Source of the DNA: an uncultured delta proteobacterium
GTDB taxonomy: Bacteria; Myxococcota; Myxococcia; Myxococcales; Myxococcaceae
Length of the DNA: 64,000 bases
Assembly: GCA_963771175.1 (NCBI GenBank)
Contig: CAVYSY010000040.1
Span: forward strand, 352,001-416,000
Direction: 5' to 3'
A model generated the notes under the pieces. The model did not search any database. It saw only the letters and a program-made list of their open reading frames with translations, and was not told the origin of the DNA. A program made the translations under genes and the position numbers. Shown in pieces: positions 18,387 to 28,876 of this stretch. How positions within the stretch are numbered: position 1 is the first letter of the stretch; each line of letters begins with the position of its first letter.

Positions 18387-21300
18387 GTGGAGACGCAGTC
18401 TTCCAACGCCACTATCAGCCGCGTGCGAGTGGGTACCATCAACCACGTTCGCATCGCTGGCGTCATCGACGAGACGTTCCCGCTGACGGCATCCTCTCCG
18501 GACCTCGGTGGGCTCATCATCGTCGACCTGGGCCAGGTGGAGCGCATCAGCTCCTTCGGCGTGCGGCGGTGGATCGAGTTCGCCAGCAAGATGCCCCCCG
18601 GGGGCATTGGCTCTACGTGGTCAACGCGCCACCGGTGATGGTCGACCAGCTCAACATGGTGGAGGGCTTCTCCGGCGTGGCGCGGGTGCTGTCGGTGCTG
18701 GCGCCCTACACGTGCCGCGCCTGCGACGAGGATCGGCTGCGCCTGGTGGATCTGCAGGCGGAGGCCGCGGTCATCGCCGACGGCCGCGCGCCGGAGCACT
18801 CCTGCCCGGTGTGTGCCGGCAAGCTGGAGTTCGCGGATCTCCCCGAGCGAGTTCTTCGACTCACGCCAGGCGCCAGCAGTTCGGCACGGTGGATCCGGTG
18901 GTGATGCGCTACCTGCGCGCCACCACGCCGAGCGCGCCCGCCGCGCTCACCACGCACCTGAAGATCATCCAGGACGACATCACGTTCATCTCCCTGGCCA
19001 GCGAGCTGAAGGGGGACCTGAACGTGCGCCGGCTGGCCTCGGGCCTGGAGGGGCGCGTCGCCTTCGACTTCGCGCACGTCACCAAGGTGGAGCCGGAGGC
19101 CGTCGGCAAGCTGGAGCAGGTGCTGGCCACGGCGGCGCAGGGGGCCAAGGAGGTGGTGCTGTGCCGGCTGCCACCGCCGGCGCTCAATCGCCCTGGCGCG
19201 CTTCACCCGGCCGCTCACCGCGAAGATCGCCACGTTGTGGCTGCCGTGCGAGTGCCGCAACTGCGGCCATGAGCACCAGCAGCGCGCCCTCGCTTCCGAG
19301 TACCTCGCCAAGCTGCGCGCCAACGCCAGCCCGGAGCGCGAGTGCCCCATCTGCGGTGGCACCGCGCGCCTTCCCTCCGTCCCCCAGCTCCTGCCGCTGC
19401 TTGGACGCTCGGCGCTGGTGGACCGGCCGATGGACGACATCGAGGCGCTCGAGCCGCGCGCCCTCAGTCAGTACCTCTTCGGCTCCACCAACGTGGACCC
19501 GAGCGCCAACAAGGGCACCACCTCGGACATCAGCAGCTCCATCGACAACAAGCTGCAGATCATCCGCCGGCTGGGCCAGGGTGGCATGGCGGAGGTGTTC
19601 CTCGCCAAGCAGGTGGGCGTGAAGGGGTTCGAGAAGTTCGTGGTGATGAAGAAGATTCTCCCGCAGTTCGCGGAGAACTCTGAGTTCGTCGACATGCTCT
19701 TCGCCGAGGCGCGGGCCAACGCGCGCCTCACGCACCCCAACGTCGTGCAGACGTTCGACGTGGGCATGTCCGGTGGCGTGGCGTACATCCTCATGGAGTA
19801 CGTCCGCGGCCCGGACCTCAAGAAGCTGCTGAACGAGCTGCGGCGCAAGGGGGTCGCCCTGCCGCTGGAGCACGCGCTGCGCATCGTCGCCGAGACGGCC
19901 GCGGGCCTGCACTACGCGCACAGCTACGTGGATCCCGCCGGCGTGCCCCACCCGGTGGTGCACCGCGACGTCAGCCCGCACAACGTCCTCATCTCGCTCG
20001 ACGGTGCCATCAAGCTGAGCGACTTCGGCATCGCCAAGGTCCAGGGCGAGGAGAACACCCAGGCGGGCGTGCTCAAGGGGAAGATCTCCTACATCTCCCC
20101 GGAGGCGGCGGCCGGCCGGCCCCTGGACGCGCGCAACGACGTGTTCGCCCTGGGCGTGGTGCTCTTCGAGCTGCTCACCGGCCAGCTGCCCTTCAAGCGG
20201 GACCACGACGCGGCCACGCTCAACGCGATCGTTCGCGAGCCGGCGCCCATACCCTCGCAGCTCAGGCCGACCATCCCCCAGGACGTGTCGGACCTCATCC
20301 TGCGTGCCCTGGTGAAGGATCCGGCGCGCCGCACGCCGTCCGCCGCGGCCATGCGCGAGGAGATCGAGGCGGTGATGGCCCACCACCGGCTCAACTCGTC
20401 GCCGGCGGCGGTGGCCCAGTTCTTCAAGGTGACGCTGGGCGAGCGGCTGGCGGAGTTCGGCCCCGTCACCAGCGGCCCTCATACCGGCTCGTACCCGAGT
20501 GCGGGCACGGGCAGCGGTGCTCGTCCGTTGGCCCCGGGAGGAACGGGGGAGATGATGGCACCCGCGGACTCGTCCCTGCGGTCCGGGACGGGCTCGCGGC
20601 CCAGCGCGAGCGGCACCGGGCAGTATGGCGGCTCCGTGCCTCCGCCGCCTCCTTCGGCGGCAGCGCGTCCGGTGGCGCCTCCACCGCCCGCTTCAGGGTT
20701 CCCCACGGAGGATCGTACCGAGGTCTACCGGCCCGTGCAGCAGGGCCTCATCGCCCAAAACGCGATGTCGCCCGAGCCTCCGAGGGCGAACCCGGCGGCC
20801 CCGCCCGCGAGGCCCTCGCAGTCCGGCATGCCTCCCATTCCGCCTCCGCCTCCGCCCACTGTGGCGTCGCGTCCGGCGGTCACGGCTCCGCCCGTTGGTG
20901 CTCAGGGCGTGCCCATGGCGTCGCGGCCCTCCGGCTCCGGGCCGGTGGCGCCGCCCCGTCCGTCCGGGCCCGCGTTGCAGCCGGCGATCCCGGTGGACAC
21001 CCGCACGACGACCCAGACGGTCCCCGCGTCCGTTCCCGTGGCCGCTCCTCCTGCTGCCCACAAGGCTCCGGCGGCCCCCAAGGCTCCGGTCGCGGCGGCT
21101 CCGGCCCCATCCGCACCATTGCCCGCCGCGAAGTCCTCGGCGTCCAAGTGGATCGTCATGGGCATCACCGGGCTCCTGCTGCTCGCCGGTGCCGGCGTGG
21201 TGGTCTCGAAGATGGGCTCCGGGAGCGGCATCGAGGTGATCAACCTCGAGGCGGGTGAGCAACTCTACGTGTCCGGCGTCCAGACGGATCCGAAGAACGT

Positions 21301-21640
21301 GAGTCTGGAAGGCTCCGGCATGTACGTCATCTCCACCGCCATGAACGGCCGCCTGCGCCGCTTCGGGACGACGTCGCCCAAGGATGTCATCGACGTGCGC
21401 ACCCTCCCCGAGGCGATGCCTCAGCAGGGGAGCACGGGGACGGTGCACATTGGCGGAAAGGCTGGCTGCTACGTGAAGGTGGGCACGGAGATGCTCTCCG
21501 GTTCGACGCCGGTGAAGGCCAACATCGAGGCCGGCCGCGAGCTGGAGATCACCGTGACCTGCCCCGGTCAGTCCCTGTGGATTCAGCGGGTGCTGGCGGT
21601 GCCAGGGCAGGAGCTGGAACTCACGCCCACGCCCCAGTAA
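18387..21640 (+). CDS. Membrane Ser/Thr kinase with two N-terminal STAS-like + Zn-ribbon modules; frameshifted near 18605, 18850-18865 and 19185
   Basis: STAS-like IAGVIDE...IVDLGQVERISSFGV; CRAC...CPVC; second STAS-like segment; CRNC...CPIC. Kinase motifs LGQGGMAEV, VMKK, HRDVSPHN, DFG, YISPE. Then a Pro-rich linker, one TM and a beta-rich C-terminus. GTG at 18387 with GAGGAG RBS. Confidence 0.8.
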
Positions 21641-21731
21641 TCATCGTGGAGTCGCTTCGCGGTGCCGTGCTCGGATGTGGTATGCGCGCGTCCGGGCCAG
21701 AAGTGACTGGCCGAAAGAAAGGCTTGGTTCG

Positions 21732-22172
21732 ATGGCATCACTCACCGAGGCACTCACCAGCGGAACCAGGAAGGCGGCGGTCATCGACGACTGCTGCGCC
21801 CTCATCGACGCCGAGGTCGCCGACAAGGGCGGCATCTCGGGCTTCGCCATCAAGGCGGGCTACAGCGCCGTCAAGGGCATCAAGCCCGGCTTCATCCGGC
21901 ATGCCGTGGAGGATCTCCTCCCCGAGTTCGCCAAGGCGCTCGAGCCGCTCTACCAGGAGGCCAAGGCGGGCGGAAAGCCGGTGGCTTCCCACATCACGTC
22001 GAACGCGGCGCGCGCCGCTGACGCCCTCCTCTCCATCACCGACACGAAGGTGCGCCACGCGCAGAGCGGCCTGGTGAAGGGGACGTACGACAAGCTGCGC
22101 GGCACGGCGAAGAAGAACGTCGAGTCCGCCATCCCCCGCATCGGCAAGCTCATCGAGAAGCACGCGAGCTGA
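21732..22172 (+). CDS. Conserved small helical protein (DUF6918-like)
   Basis: LIDAEVADKGGISGFAIKAGY..VKGIKPGFI...ADALLSITD...YDKLRG.AKKNVE pattern; strong codon bias. Confidence 0.65.
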   Translation: MASLTEALTSGTRKAAVIDDCCALIDAEVADKGGISGFAIKAGYSAVKGIKPGFIRHAVEDLLPEFAKALEPLYQEAKAGGKPVASHITSNAARAADALLSITDTKVRHAQSGLVKGTYDKLRGTAKKNVESAIPRIGKLIEKHAS

Positions 22173-22256
22173 GCGCGGCTTTTCTCCGTCCGCGAGTGTA
22201 GCGTCCCGCTCTTGATGGAGCGGGGCGGGCTGGCCGGGAGCAGGACCTCACGCACA

Positions 22257-23096
22257 TCACCGATGAGGATCGCGAGGGGGTCGGCATCGAGTTCTATGCC
22301 GTCGTCCTGGAGAAACGGTAGCGGACCCCTCGGAGGGGGGACCGAAGCCCCCCGGAATGTGCTCGAAGGACACCACGCTCTGCGTCAGTGCCGGGAAGCC
22401 CAGCTCGCGTGAGAGTCGCCAGAGCTGTTGCCGGAACACGGGCTCGGAGGGCACCGGCTCCTGGGTGCCCACCAGGATCAGATTGTTGCTCTCCGCGGTG
22501 CCGCGCAGCAGGGCGCAGTCCTCGAAGGCCCGGGCGAAGGTCTCGATGCGCGAGGCCACGGTTCGGGGATCCTCGAACGCGACGTTGCGCACCGCGACGC
22601 CTCCGGGGGCGAGCCTGTGCCGGACGTCCTCGAAGAAGCGCGAGTTAGTCAGGTGCTCCGGAGCCCCGCTGTCGGAGAAGGCGTCGAGGAGGATGAGATC
22701 GTAGCGAGGCCCCTCTTGTTCCATGAAGCGGGCCCCATCCTCCTCCACGATGCGAAGCCGGGGATCCTCGGGGACGCCGAAGAAGCGATGGGCGACCTCC
22801 ACCACCACCGGATTGAGCTCCACCACCTCCACCACCATCTGGGGCAGGCGCTGGTGCAGCATCAGGGGAAACGAGCCCCCGCCCAGGCCCACCACCAGGG
22901 CGCGGGAGCGGCCCTCGGTGAGCGCGAGCCCGGCGATGGCCCGGCGCACATAGTTCAACGGGATCGCCCGGGGGTCGCTCTTGATGAGGACGCTCTGGCA
23001 AGCCCCCTCGGGGCTGCCGAAGTGGAGCGAGCGCAGGTCGCCCTCGTCCACCACGAACACGGGACCGAAAGGGGATGGGGCCTCGTGGACAACCAT
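22257..23096 (-). CDS. Spermidine synthase-like SAM-dependent methyltransferase
   Basis: LVVGLGGG, VVELNPVV, EDG, YDLILLDAF, LAPGGV. Confidence 0.8.
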   Translation of the reverse strand: MVVHEAPSPFGPVFVVDEGDLRSLHFGSPEGACQSVLIKSDPRAIPLNYVRRAIAGLALTEGRSRALVVGLGGGSFPLMLHQRLPQMVVEVVELNPVVVEVAHRFFGVPEDPRLRIVEEDGARFMEQEGPRYDLILLDAFSDSGAPEHLTNSRFFEDVRHRLAPGGVAVRNVAFEDPRTVASRIETFARAFEDCALLRGTAESNNLILVGTQEPVPSEPVFRQQLWRLSRELGFPALTQSVVSFEHIPGGFGPPSEGSATVSPGRRHRTRCRPPRDPHR

Positions 23097-23247
23097 CAGG
23101 GCGCCTGGGTCGGAACGGGGTCAAGGGCCCGGTTGTGGAGAGCGAACAACCCGAGAGTCCTACGTGACATGGTCTCCTCGTGAATGGGGGTCGCCCACCA
23201 TAGCGGTTCCTGCAAGGAGGGGTGGGAACTCCGAGGCGATACGCGGC

Positions 23248-24453
23248 TCATCCCGGGGACGGGGAAGTGTCGTCCGGGGCGGCGGGCAGCTGGACGCGGA
23301 AGCAGGTGCCCTTGCCCACGGTGCTCTCCACGGAGATCTCCCCCTTCATCCCGGTGACGATGCCGTGGCAGATGGCGAGCCCCAGGCCTGTCCCCACGCC
23401 CACGGGCCGGGTGGTGAAGAACGGATCGAAGATGCGCTCCAGGTTCTCCTGGGCAATGCCCTGGCCGGTGTCCCGGATTTCGATCACCACCTTGTCGCCC
23501 TCCGCCCTCAGGTGGGCCTCCACGGTGTTCCGCTCGGGAGCGCCCTCCGGGATGGCCTGGGCGGCGTTGAGCAGCAGGTTGAGGAACACCTGCCCCAGCC
23601 TCGACTCGTTGCCGAGCGCCGGCGGCGCGTCCGCGATGTGTCGGACCAGCCGGGCCCGCGACCGGAGCTCCGGCATGGCCATGTTGATCGACGTCTCCAG
23701 CGCCCGCCGGACATCCGCCTGCCCCTCGGAGAAGCCCGAGTCCTCGCCTCGCGCGAACATCTTCAGGTCGCCCACCACGTCGCGGATGCGCGTGGTGCCC
23801 TGCCGTGCATCGGTGAGCGCCTCCACGCACTCCTCCAGCGTACGCTCCAGCCGGGCGAGGTCCGACGGCCCCTTCGCGCCGCCCAGGGCCTGCCGCAGCT
23901 CCTCCAGTCCTTCCGCGACGAAGTTGAGGTTGGAGGAGATGTAGCCCAGGGGGTTGCTCACCTCGTGCGCCACCCCGGCGGCCAGCGTGCCCAGCGCCGC
24001 CAGCCGATCCGCCTGGAGCAGGCGCAGCTCGAGCGTCTTCCTCTGGGTGATGTCCCGGACGAGGCAGGCCACGCTCGCGCGCTGGGGCACCGGCAGCGCA
24101 TCGGCGCCGAACCAGCGGCGCCCGCCCGGCATGTCCAGCGAGTACTCGAAGTGCTCGGCCTCGCCCGTGGTCAGCACGCGCTGGATGCACGCCTGGAACG
24201 GCACGCCGATCTGTGGGCCGACGACCTCGGTGATGGTCCGTCCCAGTATCGTCTCGCGAGGCGCGGCCAGCATCGCGTCGGAGCGGGTGAACACCGCGAG
24301 GTAGCGGCCGTCCACGTCGAACTCGAAGACGATGCTCTCGGTGAGGCCGAGCACCACGCGCAGCCGTTCCTCGGCTGCTTCCAGTTGGAGGGGCAGGGCC
24401 TCATCGGGAAGCGGCGGGGGGGCGCTCGCTCGGGGGTCGGTAGAATCACCCAT
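23248..24453 (-). CDS. PAS-domain sensor histidine kinase
   Basis: PAS ending VRDITQRK; H-box AHEVSNPL; QVFLNLLLNA, DTGQGI, FFTT, GTGLGL. Confidence 0.92.
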   Translation of the reverse strand: MGDSTDPRASAPPPLPDEALPLQLEAAEERLRVVLGLTESIVFEFDVDGRYLAVFTRSDAMLAAPRETILGRTITEVVGPQIGVPFQACIQRVLTTGEAEHFEYSLDMPGGRRWFGADALPVPQRASVACLVRDITQRKTLELRLLQADRLAALGTLAAGVAHEVSNPLGYISSNLNFVAEGLEELRQALGGAKGPSDLARLERTLEECVEALTDARQGTTRIRDVVGDLKMFARGEDSGFSEGQADVRRALETSINMAMPELRSRARLVRHIADAPPALGNESRLGQVFLNLLLNAAQAIPEGAPERNTVEAHLRAEGDKVVIEIRDTGQGIAQENLERIFDPFFTTRPVGVGTGLGLAICHGIVTGMKGEISVESTVGKGTCFRVQLPAAPDDTSPSPG

Positions 24454-24645
24454 GGATGTATTGTCGCGATTTCCGCGACAATTCACGAGGCCTCCCCCTG
24501 GCTCCAGGGCTCGGCTGGTGGCCTGCTCTGCGAGTTGCCCTTTGCGCCCCAATTACCAAAAGCCGTGGAGGTCAGGAGGGCTGTGCTCGAGGCGAAGACG
24601 CCGGGGCTGCACGAAAGGCTCGTTTAGGGGAGACTGAGGGCGTCC

Positions 24646-25704
24646 ATGAGCACCTCGGCTCCGGGAGAGTCCCCGGTCCTGTCCTTCCGACACCTGCTGT
24701 CCGACGCGGTCGGCTCGTTCCTCCATGAAGCCGGGCTGGCGCCCGCGCAGGTGGGGGACGCACTCAGTGAGCTCATCGTGACGCTGTCTCGCTACCGCGA
24801 GGAGGGCGAGCCGCTCTTCCCCGTGGCCTTCCTGGGCGACGACCTGGAAGAGATGCTGCGCGTGCTGGGCGGGAGCGAGCCGGTGTCCATTGGAGTGGGC
24901 CCTCGGACGCGGGAGACGATCCAACGGGCACTCAAGCAGTGCGCGCCCCTGGGGCAGGGGCGGTGGTGGGGGCTGTACGTGCTGCTGGTGCCGGAGGGCT
25001 TCGCCTACGGCGTCTTCCGGACGGACCCCTCGCCGCTGGTGGAGACGCCCCTGGAGCGGATGCGGCGGGCCGGAGATCGCTCGCTGCGCATGGTGGGCGT
25101 GCTGCAACTGGCGGAGAACGTCATCGAGCTGCGCGGCATGGGAGGCCTGTATCGGCACGTCTTCCTGTCCGGCGCGCGGTTGGAGTCCTCGCTGCCCACG
25201 GTGGCGATGGACGAGCTGGCGCTGTCGCTCACCGCGGACGTGTTGGAGCCGGCGCGGAGCCTGACGCGGGACTTCTACCGGCGGGTGCTCTTCGAGGCCA
25301 TGCAGGCCAAGCACGGCACGCTGGTGGCGGTGCTGCCGAAGGGCAGCGGTGACTCGCCGTTGTTCGTGGATGGTGTGCTGCTGGCGCAGCCGATCGACAT
25401 GGTGGCGCGGGTGATGCGCTACCACGAGAGCCCGGACGTGGAGGCGGCCTCGGCGGTGAGCGCGGCGGCGCAGCTCCTGCGCGGGATGATGGCCACGGAC
25501 GGCATCACCGTGCTGCGCTCGGACGGGTTCATCCTCGGCTACAACGTCTTCATCCGGCACCCGGAGACGCTGATGCGTGCGCCGGGCCGCGTGGGCGGCG
25601 CGCGGCGGCGGACCTACGAGGTGCTCAGCGCCTGGGTGGGGCGGGAGCTGACGGCGGCCTTCTTCCGCTCCCAGGACGGCGCCGTGGCCTGCTGCCGGGA
25701 CTGA
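24646..25704 (+). CDS. Hypothetical protein with a degenerate DisA_N/diadenylate-cyclase-like C-terminal domain
   Basis: HGTLVAV, TDGITVL (cf. DGA), GGARRR (cf. GTRHR) and FRSQDG, in DAC motif order. Confidence 0.55.
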   Translation: MSTSAPGESPVLSFRHLLSDAVGSFLHEAGLAPAQVGDALSELIVTLSRYREEGEPLFPVAFLGDDLEEMLRVLGGSEPVSIGVGPRTRETIQRALKQCAPLGQGRWWGLYVLLVPEGFAYGVFRTDPSPLVETPLERMRRAGDRSLRMVGVLQLAENVIELRGMGGLYRHVFLSGARLESSLPTVAMDELALSLTADVLEPARSLTRDFYRRVLFEAMQAKHGTLVAVLPKGSGDSPLFVDGVLLAQPIDMVARVMRYHESPDVEAASAVSAAAQLLRGMMATDGITVLRSDGFILGYNVFIRHPETLMRAPGRVGGARRRTYEVLSAWVGRELTAAFFRSQDGAVACCRD

Positions 25705-25705
25705 G

Positions 25706-26605
<900 letters not shown>

Positions 26606-26616
26606 GGGGCGACTCC

Positions 26617-27264
26617 CTAGGGTTGGGGTGGAGAAGCGAAGGCGCGACGGGCGAACTGGACCAGCAGCGCGAGCATCTGCCGGTGATCGGGATTGGCGGG
26701 GAGCGCCACGCCTCCGACGGCCGCGCCCTGCACGGCGTTGAGGATGAGCTCGATGATGGCGTCGAAGTCGGGGTGGGTGGCGGCGACGTCGGGGAAGAGC
26801 TCGCTCGCGACGCGGTGGAGGTGGCGGCGGTGGGGCGGGTCCACTCCGCTCAGCGCCGAGGCCAGCTCCGGATCGGTGCGCGCGGCGACGTACAGCTCGA
26901 CGGCGGCGAGCAGCTCCGGGCGCTGGTAGATGGACCACAGCCGCTCGATGGCCTGGGTCACGCGCTCCTCCTCCGGAAGCGAGGTGACATCGAGCCCGTC
27001 GCGGTACTCGGCGATGAGGCGGGGGAAGAGGTGCTCGACGGCGGCCCCGAGCAGCTCGGCCTTGGTGGGGAAGTGCTTGAAGAGGGCGCCCTGGGAGATG
27101 CCGGCACGCTGGGCGATCGCGATGGTGGTCGTCTGCGCGTGGCCGAGCTCCACCAGGCACTCGACGGTGGCTTCGAGCAGCTTGAGGCGGGTGGCATCCC
27201 GCCGTTCCTGCTGGGTGCGCCGGACGCGGGGCGCGGCCGCCGGAGCCGGAGACGGGTCGGACAT
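26617..27264 (-). CDS. TetR/AcrR family regulator
   Basis: RRTQQERR...IAQRAGISQGALFKHFPTKAELL helix-turn-helix. Confidence 0.92.
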   Translation of the reverse strand: MSDPSPAPAAAPRVRRTQQERRDATRLKLLEATVECLVELGHAQTTTIAIAQRAGISQGALFKHFPTKAELLGAAVEHLFPRLIAEYRDGLDVTSLPEEERVTQAIERLWSIYQRPELLAAVELYVAARTDPELASALSGVDPPHRRHLHRVASELFPDVAATHPDFDAIIELILNAVQGAAVGGVALPANPDHRQMLALLVQFARRAFASPPQP

Positions 27265-27294
27265 GCCAAGACTGTAGTAATCCCACTTCGAAAA

Positions 27295-27316
27295 AGAAAG
27301 TGACTGGTCACTTTCT
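27295..27316. promoter_or_regulatory. TetR operator candidate
   Basis: Perfect AGAAAGTGAC-TG-GTCACTTTCT palindrome, 30 bp upstream of the tetR ATG. Confidence 0.8.
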
Positions 27317-27376
27317 AAGTTCACAAAGGATGCTTCCCCAAGGGGAGAGCGGGGAGGCAACCCCTCCCTCTGGTGC

Positions 27377-28666
27377 CTATCCCTCGGTGAGTGCGTGCTC
27401 GGGGTGGGCCTCGGCGGAGGCGCGGGTGGCCTGGAAGAGCTTCCGAGCATCCTCGGCGGAGACACCCCGGAGGAAGTACGCGCGGGCGGCGGCGCCGAGG
27501 GCCAGGGTGCCGGCGAAGGCGACGGCGCCGGAGACGACACTTCCCCCTCCGGGGAAGACGAACTTGATGAGGGCCCGCGCCGTCTCGCGCAGGGCGAAGG
27601 CGGCACCGACGTTGATGCCCAGGGCGGTGAGGAACTCGCTGGAGGCCTTGAAGTCGAGCTGCCGGCCGGAGATCCACGCGATGCCGACGATGAGGCTCAC
27701 CTGGGCCGAGGTGATGGGGACGATGTCGGCCATGGGGATGGGCACGACGGCGATGCCCATGCAGAGGGTGGCCACGGCGCGGGTGAGGGTGGTGGCCAGC
27801 TCCTCCTGGAGGGCGCGCACGCGCGTCACGCGGGCGAGGACGAGCCGTCCCTGCTCCGGCAGCTCGCGAAACAGCACCTGGGCGAGCTCGCCCAGCCTCC
27901 ATCGCTCGTCCGAGCGGATGCTGCCGTCCGTGCGCCAGGACAGGTAGGTGGAGACGCCCATCACGGTGACGAGCTCGCCGCGCAGCTCCTCGCGGGAGCG
28001 GAGCTTCTCGCGCAGCTGGCGCTCGACGGCCTCGACGTGGCGGAGCTTCTCCTGGAGCTCGGCGGGATCCTGCGCCTCGGGCCGGTGGAGGTCGGTGCGC
28101 TTGGGCTCCAGCAAGTCACAGTGCGTGGCGACGCCGAGCAGGGGCGGGCGCGTGCCGTGGGCCTGCTCGACGGCGGAGACGATCTGCGCGAGCACATCCA
28201 GGTCGGCGTCGATGGCGGCATCCACCTCGGTGGCCTTGACGAGGAAGAGGAGTGCATCGGGCGCCTTGCGGCGGACCTCGGCGAGGATGGAGTCGAGAGG
28301 GGTGTCGGCCTCATCGGCCTCCTCGGGGCGCGAGCCCTCCTGGATGCCGCGCGTGTCGAGGATGGACAGGGTGCCGAGCTCGCCCTGGACGTCGAACCAG
28401 CGCCCGCGGCCCGTCTGCGACTTCACATGGCCCACCTCGGCGACCCGGGCGCCAAAGAAGGCGTTGATGAGGGACGACTTGCCGGCGCCGCGACGGCCGA
28501 CCAGCACCAGGTTGGGCGAACGCTGCTCCAACAGCAGGGCCCGCAAGTGGGCGATCTTCTGGCGGATCTCCCGGGCAAGCGGATCCGGGACCCGGTCCAG
28601 CAGCTCCTCGAGCCGACGGATCGCCTCGGCGATCTCCTGGAACGTGGGTTCGTTCGGGTCTGCCAT
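27377..28666 (-). CDS. Era/MMR_HSR1-like GTPase with DUF697/YcjF-like C-terminus
   Basis: G1 GRRGAGKSS, G3 DTRG, G4-like THCD; C-terminal VPIPMADIVPI and a hydrophobic Gly-rich hairpin. Confidence 0.8.
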   Translation of the reverse strand: MADPNEPTFQEIAEAIRRLEELLDRVPDPLAREIRQKIAHLRALLLEQRSPNLVLVGRRGAGKSSLINAFFGARVAEVGHVKSQTGRGRWFDVQGELGTLSILDTRGIQEGSRPEEADEADTPLDSILAEVRRKAPDALLFLVKATEVDAAIDADLDVLAQIVSAVEQAHGTRPPLLGVATHCDLLEPKRTDLHRPEAQDPAELQEKLRHVEAVERQLREKLRSREELRGELVTVMGVSTYLSWRTDGSIRSDERWRLGELAQVLFRELPEQGRLVLARVTRVRALQEELATTLTRAVATLCMGIAVVPIPMADIVPITSAQVSLIVGIAWISGRQLDFKASSEFLTALGINVGAAFALRETARALIKFVFPGGGSVVSGAVAFAGTLALGAAARAYFLRGVSAEDARKLFQATRASAEAHPEHALTEG

Positions 28667-28876
28667 GGGTCCCCTTCTGGATGCGGCCATACCAAACGAT
28701 ATGGATGTTGCACGTGCCACCAGGGCTGAGCCTTTCCGGCAATGCGCGTTTTTCGCTAGGGTAATCACTGCGCAACATTCGGACAGGGTCGCAAGACAAT
28801 GTCTGCAGAGGGGGGGGGAGTCCAGTTCCTCCTTGAAGAACAGTCCAAGCAGTTTTCCAAAAGGAGCAGGTGGGTC

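Noticed and set aside
28708..28720. Possible sigma54 promoter (minus strand TGGCACGTGCAA)
   Set aside because: The GG-to-GC spacing does not fit the -24/-12 consensus.
28810..28818. G9 tract upstream of the repeat gene as a phase-variation switch
   Set aside because: Such runs are expected at this GC content, and homopolymer lengths are unreliable in this sequence.
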